Positions 13,955 to 54,276 of a stretch of 64,000 nucleotides of DNA are shown piece after piece (the stretch's first letter is position 1; each line of letters starts with the position of its first letter). The DNA lies in NCBI RefSeq assembly GCF_006345805.1, contig NC_042999.1, forward strand, positions 115,072,001 through 115,136,000. Reading direction: 5' to 3'. The stretch comes from Octopus sinensis. Lineage: Eukaryota. The translations under genes and the position numbers were made by a program. Under the pieces are notes generated by a model. The model saw only the letters and a list, made by a program, of their open reading frames with translations, was not told where the DNA came from and did no database searches.

Positions 13955-14544
13955 CATCAGTTCCCAACCATTTTTTACCTATGGACCCATTTGATTCCTA
14001 TTATACCCTACTAAACCCCCATAGCCATTTGATGTATACAAAAAAATCCTACTGTATTTTTTATAATTAAATATTGTCCACTGCCATCTCAACTCGAACT
14101 AAACTCCGCTTATTTAGTTCAAACGTAAAATCTGTGTTTTTGCATGGCTCTAAAACATGGAGAGCCACCTGCAGCAACTACAAGAAGATCCAGACCTTCA
14201 TCAACAAAAGTCTCCAGCAGATTCTCCATCTGAAGTAGTTCGACAGAGTGCCAAACACCGACCTGTGGGAAAGAACCAACCAGGAGCCCATACATGTTCA
14301 GATTAGACGAAGGAAATGGAGATGGATCGGGGACACACTGCGGAAAGAACCCTCAAATGTGACATGATAAGCACTTGAGTGGAGCACGCAGGGGAAAAGG
14401 AAACGAGTACACCCGAAGCGGAGGAATTTGGACGAGCTCAGGACCACCGGCCTGACATGGGAAGCAGCCAAGAAACACGCCAATGACCGCAAGAAGTGGA
14501 AAACAACTGTTGAGGCCCTATGCTCCACAAGGGGCAAAAAGGAT

Positions 14545-14575
<31 letters not shown>

Positions 14576-14800
14576 AAGAAGAAGAAGAAGAAGAAGAAGA
14601 AGAAGAAGAGGAAGGGGAGGAAGGAGCAGGGAGGAGTGAGGGAGGGAGGGAAGGAGAGAGGGGGAGGAGGAACTGTATAAAAAAAATTTAATATTTTGTG
14701 TATTGGAGAAGTATAAGCAATTTACTGCACATAAATTTTAACACCAAAAACTTATATGGACTCCCAAGAGCCATATGGACATCGGTTGAGAACCAAGCAC
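13955..14800. mobile_element. hAT-like MITE interrupted by an RTE LINE
   Basis: Ends ..GTTCCCAACC and GGTTGAGAACC.. bracket the LINE at 14077-14608. Confidence 0.6.
14077..14608 (+). mobile_element. 5'-truncated RTE-clade LINE 3' end with (AAG)n tail
   Basis: TKLRLFSSNVKSVFLHGSKTW..IRRRKWRWIGDTLRK..ALEW..GKRKR, with stops, then (AAG)n. Confidence 0.85.
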
Positions 14801-16180
14801 TTGAATGTTTCAATTGGAGTTAAACCCCACCACCATCCAGAAAAAAGACAAACACACACTACATTCTGGTTCCCTTAAAAAGAAAACCAGTGAATTCGTG
14901 ATACCCTACCCACCACCTTACGATCCCGGTATTGACGCAGTGTCAGTTTCTAGCATTTGAACAGACTCGTTGGAACGTTTAGCTCGCAGCAGTTGTGAAT
15001 TTTAACTGTCCACTCATTACTCGTTGCTCTGCTTTGATTTACAATAGAGGGTTCTTTTATCTGTTATCATTTACTTGTTTCGGTCATTTTTGACTGAAGT
15101 CATGCTGGGGCACTGCCTTGAAGGATTTTAATCGAACAAATAACCCCCAGGACTTATTTTTTAAAGCCTGGTACTTATTCTAAAACTTATTCCAAATGCT
15201 TGCAGCATAGTGAACTCCGTTAAAATAAAATAAATGCGCCCTTTTAAAACCTAGCCAAGCTCATGGGCCCGGTTTCCCGGTTTCTATGGCGTATGTGTTC
15301 CCCGGCTGGACGGACGCCAGTCCATCGCAGCGTTACACATTTTTGCCAGCTGAGTGGACTGGAGCAACGTGAAAGGAAGTGTTTTGCTCAAGAACGCAAC
15401 GCGTCGCCCGGTCCAGGAATCGAAACCACAATCTTACGATCGATGGTGTTGACACCCTAACCACTAAACGACGCGCCTCCACAGTGAACTCCGCTAAGGG
15501 CACCCAAAGTGTCAGGAGGCAGTGCTGTCTTAAGGCATAGGCACACTGGGCACTTGCCCGGGGGACTCATAGATCTAGGGGCCCGATTATGATCTACGAA
15601 TGTTGTGGCTTACTATTAGTAAATAAACACTCTAGGACTCGAAGCAGGAGATGGTGTTAAACCGGGCGATGGGTTATAGAATAAAATTAATTGTAAAAAA
15701 TCAAGATAGAATTTTTTTTAATAATGATTTTTAAAATTATATAAAATATAAACAAATATAAAACTAAATCAATTAAATCTAAGAATATTTAAAATAAAAC
15801 TAACATTAGAATCTGCCAGAACGCATTAAAAACGGTTAGATACGTTATTGCTTGGTTTCGTTGTTCTGCACGCACCTCATGAATTATTAAAACTCAGGCA
15901 AAATACCAGAAAAATTAAAACAGTACGAGAGAGTAAAAATAATACCAGTAATAAAACCCTGTTTTTTTTGTGTTGTTTTCTTTTTACTTCTCATTTTCTC
16001 TTTTTAATAGTAAAACATCATTCAAAAACATTAATCAATAGAACAATAAAGTTGTCATCTTTGAAAAGTTTTAAGAGAAAGTTTTCAAAAAAAAAGTTTT
16101 TTAATGCGAAACTAAGGCTTTTTCTTTTCCTTGAAGTTTGAGAAATCCTTAACAACAACAAATATTTGAATTAAGCGTGT

Positions 16181-43207
<27,027 letters not shown>

Positions 43208-43507
43208 AAACAAGTTGAAAAGTAAATGTTTGGTTCCATAAACAGTTACATCCTGCTGTCAGTTTCCCAGTTCTTATAGGAAAGACTAGCTTTGGATGGT
43301 ACATAAGCTATCATACTCTAAATTTCCTATTCCACAAGAGAGGGAAACGTGCATAATCTACTATAGACCTGAAACAGAAAGCTAAAATTGAAGACTCGCA
43401 ATATGTCAAGTGAATTCAAGTCCGAATGAGGAGCTGTTTCAGACATTTTGAAATGACATTTCATTAGTTGTCACATACTCTACCTTGTAGACTTTATTGT
43501 GAAAGAC

Positions 43508-43899
43508 AATAAAGCGATACAAATTTTATACATCACAACCTTAATATATTCATTGCTCATTTGGACAGACATTTAAATATATTAAAAATATATTTAAGCA
43601 CATATGAAAGAAATAACTGTACCAGTGGACTACTGAAAAATAAAAGGTGAGAAGCAATCACTTTTTTTTCTTTCTTTCAATCAAAGGATTGCATTCATTA
43701 GCTGAATTAAATTCAATACTAACATTGAATAATCATAATGCTCTTCTGGTAACCATAATCAAATTCTGTGACCAATATCTCCTTGAACACACAATGTAGA
43801 CAGAACACATACAGTGACAAATGCCTGCTGTACTGCCAGATATTGTTGAAAATCAGTATTGCATGAAATGATATTGAGTATTTCCTAAGGTTGAATAAA
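43508..43899 (+). terminator. Candidate IQCB1 polyadenylation signals
   Basis: AATAAA at 43508, 43639 and 43894 downstream of the stop; the one used cannot be told from sequence. Confidence 0.4.
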
Positions 43900-44009
43900 A
43901 AAAAAATAGTAAGAGGATGAAGAATGACGTGTTTTATTATATGAACTGTTGCTCAGTTCAAATGACATTTGTTGCATATTTTTCTTCAGTAACTTTTACT
44001 TTATTTTCC

Positions 44010-44780
44010 TTAACTCTTTAGCCTTCAGATTAGCAGTTGAGGGAACCTGTGGAAGAGGCAGACCCAGAAAAACCTGGGACGAGGTGGTGAAGCACGACCT
44101 TCAAACTTTAGGTCTCACTGAGGAAATTACTAGAGACCGAGACCTCTGGAAGTATGCTGTGCGTGAGAAGACCCGGCAGGACAAGTGAGACCATAACCCG
44201 TGGCCTTCTACATGGGATGTAGCCAGTCCACTTATACATACATTCCCTTCTTGGGACACAAAACTCTACTTGTGAAGACCTGTTGAGGCAAGTGAGAATC
44301 AGAATCGAAATCGATCAATAGAAATTGCAGCTGAATTACCTGTGCCGGTGGCATGTAAGAGAACCATCCAAACGTGGCCTCGTGCCAGTGGCACGTAAAA
44401 AGCACCATCCATTCGTGGCCGTTGCCAGCCTCGCCTGGTCTCTGTGCCGGTGGCACGTAAAAAGCACCCACTACACTCATGGAGTGGTTGGCGTTAGGAA
44501 GCGCATCCAGCCGTAGAAACATTGCCAGATCAAACTGGGCCTGGTGCAGCCTTCTGGCTTCCCAGACCCCAGTTGAACCGTCCAACCCATGCTAGCATGG
44601 AAAGCGGACGCTAAACAATGATGATTACTGTCAAATGTTATATTTCTTCCAGGTTTTGAATTAATCATGCATTATCTCATAACTTGTGAGATTTTGGTAA
44701 TTTGTCTGTATACTTATAGGATATAAGAGTAAATGTGAGTGGCCAGAATGAACATAAACAAGGATATGCTAAAGGATTAA
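44010..44780. mobile_element. piggyBac-type MITE with a nested RTE LINE
   Basis: TTAA-CTCTTTAG..CTAAAGGA-TTAA; body matches 60928-61148. Confidence 0.7.
44032..44625 (+). mobile_element. 5'-truncated RTE-superfamily LINE: ORF C-terminus plus 3' UTR
   Basis: AVEGTCGRGRPRKTWDEVVKHDL..DRDLWKYAV..*, then 3' UTR with tandem units and GAT tail; GATTA on both sides. Confidence 0.85.
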
Positions 44781-46499
44781 TATTTCCCCTTGGACCTCTT
44801 TTAGTAGGGGACAAATTACTATGCACTTTAAAAAGTTGAATTCAGTAGAAAAGTTTCAGTCTGAAGTTAAATTTTATATTATATACTCAGTGATGTAGCT
44901 TTTAAGAGAACAACGGCACTTGTGTTATGAGCTGTTCTGAAGAATGACTTGAATGGATGACCAAGGATAATGAAGTAGTTTACAAAAACATTCTTCTACT
45001 TCATAGTCGTAAATAACAATATTGGAGCATATTAAAGATATGACTGAATAGTTTCACTGACGATATCTGCTAAAATTAAAACATGTCACCGTCCGAGCAA
45101 AAATCAAATTTTTCCAAAAGCATTTGAATTTGATTTCGTTCAGTACATCAGTTAGTTTAGACATTGGCTTAAGAATTATTCCCCTTAGTTCAACGACGCA
45201 AATTTATGCTACGCTTCTCTTATGTCCCAAGAACACTGAAACATGTCCATTACTATCACCAGCTACACTGGCATCAGATGTCTCCCTTCAACATGGAAAT
45301 TCTCAATTTCTTGAAATAACTTCCCATCTTTTTGTGGATTACTTGTAAACAATTCTTTTCCCTTTCTCCAAGAGTAAATTTTGGAGGTTATGTTATTCAG
45401 TTCAGAACAGCAACCATATTTAAATACTAACAGTAGTTTTAAGCCAACTGAATTTCAATTTAGTAAACACCTTGCATCAATAAAACTTAGTTATTTATAC
45501 TTTGTGTTGTATGACCAACAGAATAAATTTTTATAAGTTTCCAACAGACCATTCTGTTCACTGCATATTTCCAATAGCCAATGATATGGAAATGTTTATA
45601 TACTTCAAAGTGGAATAAAATACAAGAGTACATTGCTTCAACAGCAATTTTCCTCCTTGATGTAAACAGACACAACCTACAGGCATCCATACAACTTCAG
45701 TAGTCAGGATAGAAGACACTTGCCTATGATGCCATACAATAGGTCAATGTGAAAATGCAAACATTGTGAAACAAACTTCTTAACAACAAAACCAAGTCTG
45801 CACAAGATTAATCAGAAGAAACAAAACATCTTTACAAGTCTTTCTCAAAGAAGGGTGTGTAGCTTACTTTTGTATGTGTGAATGCATACTAAATTTGTTC
45901 ATAATGAGGCACACTTTTTTAAAATTCAAAATGGAGTATGAAACGAAAAAAGAAGCTTGTAAAACTGCTTTATACAAATCATTTGCTTCATTTCTTCGAA
46001 ACACATCAGACCTACTGCCTGTGGAGGAATCATGTTACTTGGTTTTTTCAAACATCATATTCTAACTAGCCTTGAATCTCCATTGCAAAATATTTAAATA
46101 TTTTCAATATAGATGCAGGAATAACCATATGGTTAATAAGCTTGTTTGGCATTGACAAGGTATCTTGTACATGACCAGTCGGACTGTAGCTGTTCTTGAC
46201 TGATAAACAACAATTTATCATCTTGTCTGACACCAGACCTCAGTTGTATTATCAAGTGAAACATTGTTGCCCCAAAGATCAGAATAAATCATGGTTTCTT
46301 GCTCCCACTAATCACAGGGGCTCTGCCAAAGGTTGTGAACAATACCCTTCATATTTCTTAAAACACTGTTAAAAAAATATTTTAATATGCTTTAGAGAGA
46401 TCTATAAACAGGGAAAATCTTTCTAACTTAATTACTTGCAGTAGCCATAGACGATTTCATCAGTGTCTCCAATTTTGTTCAATAGTTAAGGTATACTCT

Positions 46500-49400
46500 A
46501 TACAATATATGAAACAAATGCTAGCTATTTATTGAACACATTACAACAGCAGATAATATTTTTGTATTAGCTCTCTGAAAAAAATACAGGTAAATTTATA
46601 GCTATTAATATAATTTTTTTTTTTTTTTTGGTTTCTATCACAGGAAATGCTTATAAATTTTAATAAAAAATACGAATCTCCAAGACATAATCTCTCACAC
46701 ACACAATATAAACATTAGCATACATATTTTATATATATATATATGTATGTATGTATGTGTGCAAACACATTATCAAATGAGACAAAAAAAAAAAAAAACT
46801 TTAAAAGAAATTTAAGAAATTGGACTCAAAGCATGTCAACTCTCATATTCTCAAAACTAGCAGTACAACTGATGAAATTAACTTTTTTTATAAATAAAAA
46901 TACTTAAAGAAAGAAAAAAGGTAATTTTTCAGTATGTTGTGAGGGGTGAATATATGGCTTATATCAATGAGCAGTTAAATTATAATTTCATAATACATGA
47001 CAAATCTGAGACTGTATCACTTAGCTGTACTAAAAAGTTTAAAATCATGCGAGGACCAAAACTAGACTTATGATGCTGTTTCTGGTTCCAATAAAGTGCA
47101 GCAAAATTGGCTTGCCTAATGTGTATTTTATTTGGGGGAAAAATATATATATACCTGACTGATTTTAAAGCTTCCTTTTTAAACCTACTATTTAAAATAG
47201 CTAAAAAAAAAAACCAAAAAAACCCAATTATGGATGAAATAAATAATTAAAGATTTATAAGCTCTGAAATTTTCACACTGTTATTTTTTTTTACAAATTA
47301 GATACTAAAAAGTATTGCAACAGGTCATTGTATAATAAAAATTCTACTAAAACTGATGCTGTATGACAAATAGAAATTTCATATTACATAAAACTACCTA
47401 AGAAGCAGAATACCAAACCAAAATGACTGACTAGTCTGTGACAACAGCATTAACAACTGACGTTAGTATTGTCTAAATGGGAAATTGCTGCACTTGCATT
47501 TTAGTCAACTTATTTACATTTCAATCAAGACTGCTAGGGTTTTTTTTTTTTTTGAAATTTTTATATATAACTAAACAAAGTATTGGTTGTAACATTTATA
47601 AATATTAATTCCATATATTTCCGAAATTATAGCAATGAGAATGAGACACTATCAGAGACTAAAACATAATAGTTTCAAATTTTGGCACAAGGCCAGCAGT
47701 TTTTGGGGGAGGAAGGAGGTTACATTGACACTAGTACTTGGCTGGTACTTATTTTGTTAATCTCAAAAGAATGAAAGGTAAAGTCGACCATGGTGGAATT
47801 TGAACTCAGAATGTAAAGATAGGCAAAATGACAGAGTTTTGTCTGGTATAGTTCTGCCAGTTCGCTGCCTTATTAGAACACAAAAGAAATTTACTGACTG
47901 CTGGAAACCAACTTTTAGTATAGTGAATCAAGAGGAAAAAAAAAATCAATAGCTTAAAATTAAGCTCTTTAACGCTATAACAACAAATTGAAAATACCTA
48001 GTTATAACAAAGTTATTGGTTTTCTCAAAAGTATGGTATGCTTCTATATTGCCAAAGATAAAATATTTCAGAATGTTAATATATAGAGATTGACTATTCT
48101 AATTAAGCCTGTCTTTACACTGAATATTTTCTTTTAAAATTTACTAACTGTACTGTGGATGCTACACTATTCCAACATCAACTAAGAATTTATCAGACCA
48201 AGAGCTCAATGAACTGAGTTTTATACACACACACAGAATTTCAAATAAGATGTACACATTTTAGTTTATCAATAAAAAAAATTAAATCAAAACCATCATA
48301 AACATGTATGGTAACAAGAAACATTTGATCTAACACATTAAAACTTGCTTTGGAAAGGGTTATTTCTACTTGCAGTACTGTCCGTTTGATTCAATTAAGA
48401 ATTAATTACTACCTAACCAAACAGTAACAGCTGTCAAAGATGAAAATATAAAAACAAGCACTCATAACAGCTAGTGTATAGTCTGGATATAAAAGTTCTA
48501 ATTAGAAATTTTTTTTTAAAGTTCAACTCATTTTAAATCATTTAGCCAGTTTGACAACATCTCATCAATTTTTATATGAAGCCCATAAACATTCAAATCT
48601 TGATAACCTCGCATAATTTTCTTCTACTTTAACTGCAAGAGAAATTCAACCCAGCTTTTGAGTGCATAATCCTGTATGTATATATATATATACACACATA
48701 TATATATATGTACACATGAAATAAAAAGTAGCACATCAACAATAAACTTGTAGCTATACACTATGCAAATAACTTTTTATTATTATTAAAAGGAAAAGAT
48801 AATGATTAAATGTTATTTTATTATGTTATAATATGAAATGCTTATAATGTGTTATATAATGTGTTATATAATTTGTTATTAAAAAAAATAATTAAAAGCA
48901 GACACTAAAGCTGCTTCTAATTACAACTTTGATTTCTGTTAAAAACTTACTTGGCAGCTGGAACAAGGGGCAGGTAATTTCTCCCACAAGCTGGCTAAGG
49001 GGTTAATAATTATTTAAATTAATTGGTAGAGAGATGATAAAAGTGAGAGTTCATTTTTAGAAAATATGTTCCCTTAAAAGATATGTCAGGGAAAAATAGA
49101 TAAAAATAAGAGTCATATTGTATCATCCAAAAATTACCTCTTAAAATAATTCATCCTGTGCAAGATATTTATGTTGTCTATTTACTATTTCAAAATAAAA
49201 ATGTAGATTAACAAGAGAATTCATTCAAATATTTGATAGAACCTCCAGTCATAGTCATTGTTTTTCTTTGGACAAAAACACTAAGGCAATAATACAAAAA
49301 TATTTTCAAACATTCTGGTTAAATATTCAGCTCCCATAGGAAGGAAATCTAATTGGTTTTCAAAAATCTACTAGTAAGGCCTATAAAGTGCTTGCTGCCC

Positions 49401-52400
49401 AAAACCATTAGTTGCAACTAATAAGAAATGTGCATTTCCAAGAATGCAGTGAAGAAAATATCTAAAATGCACAATTAAAATTATCTAAATTTGACAAGTC
49501 ATGGCAACCTAAAATAACTCCATAAATGTAACATTTATCTGATGTTTTAACAAACAGTTCCATCTTTTTCTACTAACTCCAGTGAAAGAAAAAATCACAA
49601 CCCCATGTTTTGACATTAAATAAACATTACATACCATTTTGCTAAAATGAGTGCAGTATCACCAGCTAAAATTATAACAGATTAAAACTTTATTATTCTA
49701 ACATACTCTGAATCAGAAATGATGAAAAGAATGAGTAATAGTTTCAGAATGGCACAACAGGCACCACTAAATGATAAAACATCTTTCATGACAACCATGA
49801 TGTACTGGGGATCAATGATAAGCAATGTAATATATCAAAAATGTAAATGATCCACAAATATCTCATCTAAGACAGCTCTAAAGCTAAATGTGACCAACTG
49901 AAAGATATAAATTGAGAGAAGTATGCATTTGCTAATGACAATCAATTACGGGAATTATACCTCATTAAAATTCATATAGCACAACTAAGATTCAGTACCT
50001 AAATAAAATACAACATAAAGCTCTTAACATTTATTGTAACTAATAATCCATGCAAAAGATTGGGGAACCTATGTTGAAATCAAAATTTTTTCTTAAATCA
50101 ATTTAAAAAAAAAAACAACACATTTTTATCAATATGAATGATTAACAATTGCTTGAAACAACTGACACCTGCCTTGTAATGTTTTCTCCAAATTCTGGCA
50201 GGGAAAAAAGCTACTATAACACTATGTGCTTCAGTTAAAATTAGGGAGGGCCCAAAGGAGTGTTAATAAAATTCATATGCCAGTAATGTGACAAGTGAAT
50301 CCAAGGTACAACTTTCCATTCATCATATAACATATAAATACATTTTTATAGCTGGATACCCTTCTTAATATCAAAGTGGAAATGGTGTCTCTCTTTTTCA
50401 ATTGATGCAACAAAAGGAATGTTAAGTTGAAATTTCAGCAAGCTGTAAACATTGTTACTGTGTTATCAATTAGTAAAAATCCAATTCAAAAGTTGTTTGC
50501 TTTTTTAATGGGTTACAAATATCAGTGATTCTCCAATCCATATATTTTCTTAAGAAACAATTTTCCAACTGAACTAGTACTATAGAGACAACATTACATT
50601 AAATACTTTGGCATAGTGACTATTAATTGTTGATAAAGGAGAATTTCTAAAACCAACATAACATAAGCTAAGAGGCAAGAACCCTTACCTCTAGGCTAAA
50701 TTGTTACAGCAGTGGAAAGAAGAAACTGACAAAAATGAGCAAGTTTAAGTTGTTACTTTTGTTTCATAGATCAATACAAAATGAAACAGAATATAAAAAT
50801 ATTGTTTCCACATACTTCAATATTAAACAAATCTAATGTCCTTACAGATTACATTATGTTCTACACATTTCATATAACCAGGTTAATTTTCTGAAACTTT
50901 AACTGTTCATTGAAACTAATCTATATTGAAAAATATTACAACTCCATCACTCATTTTAATATAAAACCAAAGAGATTAATAAGCAATTATTACTTTGAAG
51001 ATATAAAACATGTACTGTATAATTAACAAAATTCTCCCACATAAGCATCTTCATATGGTTAGGAAATATTACATCTTGTCTTTTTATACCTGCAATTTGT
51101 ATGTGCTACAAAAGAAATATACATCAACATTCAAATGTTTTCTATTAGAAACAGTTTTAGAAACATTTCTCAAATATATTACATTCACTTAGCTCATACC
51201 AAAATCACATGGCAAAGAGAATCATACATTATAGCAATACTGAAATTATATTGAAAGCTGCAAAACAAATTTAATCTTTCGGCAAATATTGAGAAAAACT
51301 GAAGACAATACTCTGATTAAATGCCTAAGTCAGCAAGCTAAAATAAGTATCAACTTCATAAATAACTATACTTGAATATATTCATTTAATTAAATGTAAA
51401 GAAAACTTTAGTATAAAAATTTATTAAATAAGAGAGTAACTCAAGATATTTTGCTATGTGAGTAATTTTTGAAAATACGTCAATTCAAGGGAGGGAAAAA
51501 AGCTATTGTGAACCAAGTTCAGTAGGTTTTCAGTACAGCTAACACAAGAAACTATGTGGCAGTAAAGTAAAGATGTTTACTATGGGTGTTTCTAAACAAA
51601 TTCCAAAGTGCAAAGAAATGCATTCTCAGGGTTAACTTTAAAAAGTGAAAAATTCCTGGCAGTATTTTTCCCCTAATTACTATATATAATACTAGTTTGT
51701 TTTTTTTCTTTTGTGAGGGAGGGTTGTTTTTTTTTCTCCTATTTTAAATTTCTAATCACATTTTTCAAAATACATTATATTGTATTTTTTTAGAACCAAT
51801 TTTTGACTCCAGTCCTAATAAAGACATAGAAAATACATAAATCTAAAGATTTTTGCAAACAATTTTTTTCTTTTCAAATTACCTATTTTCATTTTTTTTT
51901 AAATTCAGAATATTAATATTCCGTACTTAACAAATAAACAGAGAAAAAGTAGACATTTAAGCCCTTAAAACATTTGCTTGGGTGATTGATATTTTTGTTT
52001 TGAGTTTTGCAGATTTTTTTCCAATAACATTAAGGCAGAAGGGAGCATTACAATAAGTTAGTCATTTCCTAAAGGAGTAATATACGAAATAAAATTAGCA
52101 ACTCATAAATTAATATCTAATACAAGTAGTAGTAGTAATAAAACCTCCTCAAATAAGCAAATTCAATTATCAAATAAATACTGAGGATACATGGTTAAAA
52201 TTTAATCAAAATAATTCTTAAATGAAATAAGCGTATGTTAAATATCAAATTTTAGTTGTTATGTATTAAGTTGCATTATTCTGTAACAGTGAAATATAGT
52301 TGTATGGGAATATAACTTCAACACCAGATGTCATGAAAGTATTATCACAGTTTTAGATACAAAAAAAATTGAAATAAATGAACCCTTTTAAGTTAAATTT

Positions 52401-54065
52401 GGGCCATAATAAATCTATTACTCTTTCTGCACTTCTGCAGCAAATCTTTTAGAAAAATTATAATTAAGAAATAAATTTATAAAGAGAAAGTATCAGCCTT
52501 AGGGATCAATTGCAACTAGGAACATGTACCATCATCTCTCTAATAATTCTTCTGGAGAACATCTTCCAACAATATTGGAATATAATTTTGATCTAATTCA
52601 AAATTTGAATCCACCAACAGATATTATTTTGCCATATTTTTCATACATTCTTAAATGACCTTTAAAATTAGAAAACATAGTATCTGTCATCTATTTGAAT
52701 GTTTTAAGATGTATATTAACTACAGAGCTAAGCTACAATTTATTATCAGCCTTACCATTTAATATTATTGTTGCTATTTATAAGTCAGAAGGTGGTAAGA
52801 AAGTTGGTTGAAAACATCTTCAGCTATAATTTATTAAAATAGAAGTAGTTTTAATCATGGAGAGAAAAAAATATTACTAAGGAGGTGTTGTTAAAAACTA
52901 CTAATTAAAAAGTGCTGAGTCAACATTTGCAGATAAATTTACATATAACAAAATACACATAAGGTTTTGCAATGACAAAAGAAAGAAAATAAATAAATCA
53001 CAGAATTTAAAAGAGAAAAAAAAATGGACCAAAACTGTTGTTAAATTCAAATAACTGTATAAAATGAAGTTAGATCTAAGATGGCTTGGTTAAGAAATTA
53101 TTAGAGAGATTGCAGTAAATATACACTAGATTAAGACACTTGTGATAAATAACTGGGTCAAATATAGTCATTTCACCCAATGGATTATGTGTGTGTGTAA
53201 TAGAAATGTAAACAGTCAGACCAGCAACAAATTGTCTCTCACTTCGAACCTGTCAGCAACAAAAGGAACACACTGTTGACTACAAATCAGAAGTAGAAAT
53301 GAGTGCAAAAATTTATACAAGATGCATTCAAGTCAAAACTGACAACAGTTAACTAAATATTTGTAGCTTGCTATTTCTTTAAACAAGAAACAGCAGGGAA
53401 AAGTTTGGGATTAGGGCAAGGGAAATTGCAGGATTACAGGTGCAGATACTTTTCAGACAATATCTTTCAAAGTATTTAAAAACATGGGGAGATTATTACA
53501 GTACTACACCCTGCAACTCTACAATAAAAATGTGCAACATGAAAATTTTGTTTAGTCTTAATGTCTGTTTTTATTGTTTTGTTTTTGTTATTTTTTTCTG
53601 CTTTTTATGTTTGTTATATGGAAAGTGAAAACCATAAGGATAGAACGAAATGATTGTGATGTGTTAAAGACAGAGAAAAGCCAAAAGAAATGTACAAAAA
53701 TGTGAAAAAGGAAGACGAGGTACCAAATGTGAATTAGTTAAAGCAAAAGATGTTAAAGAAACAAGGGCAAATCAAAATGATCACACAAACGAGTGGTAAA
53801 TGAAAAGAAACTAATAATTATTAACATGATGTAAGGACAATGTACATTGCAAATATGAAAAACTAATTTCCTGGGCATTTTGTTAGATTTGTTGTTTTTT
53901 TGTGTATTTTTAAGGAGTGGAAGAGGGAGTGATTTTACGTGGACGTTCTAAATGTGTTGTGAGAAAAGAGAAAACAAATTCAATCTGTTGAGATTTGCTG
54001 CCACCCTGAGAAGTCTAATATGCCAGTTGCATGTTTACCAGCTCATTTTAATGTTCAATAATTCT
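46500..54065 (-). other. Probable long 3' UTR of Dp
   Basis: Follows the stop; U-rich on the minus strand; nearly free of SINEs/MITEs; minus-strand AATAAA at 46528-46533; end point uncertain. Confidence 0.5.
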
Positions 54066-54276
54066 CTAGTTAACTTCCGGTTGATTACTAGAGTCATCAG
54101 AATCACAATCATCAGAATAATGTTCTGAAGGGGTTTCTACATGATTTCCCCGTGAGGGAACTTGATTTAAAAAATCCTGCCCAATAGAAGTTAGTACATC
54201 TTTAAAGTCATTGCTTCGACAACCATTGTCAGGAAGTGGGGTTGCCAGAGGAGAACTGGGAGCCAAAGTTTTACAC
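54066..54276 (-). CDS. TFDP1: Dp terminal coding exon
   Basis: ttttag|..[42 protein letters not shown]. Confidence 0.9.
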
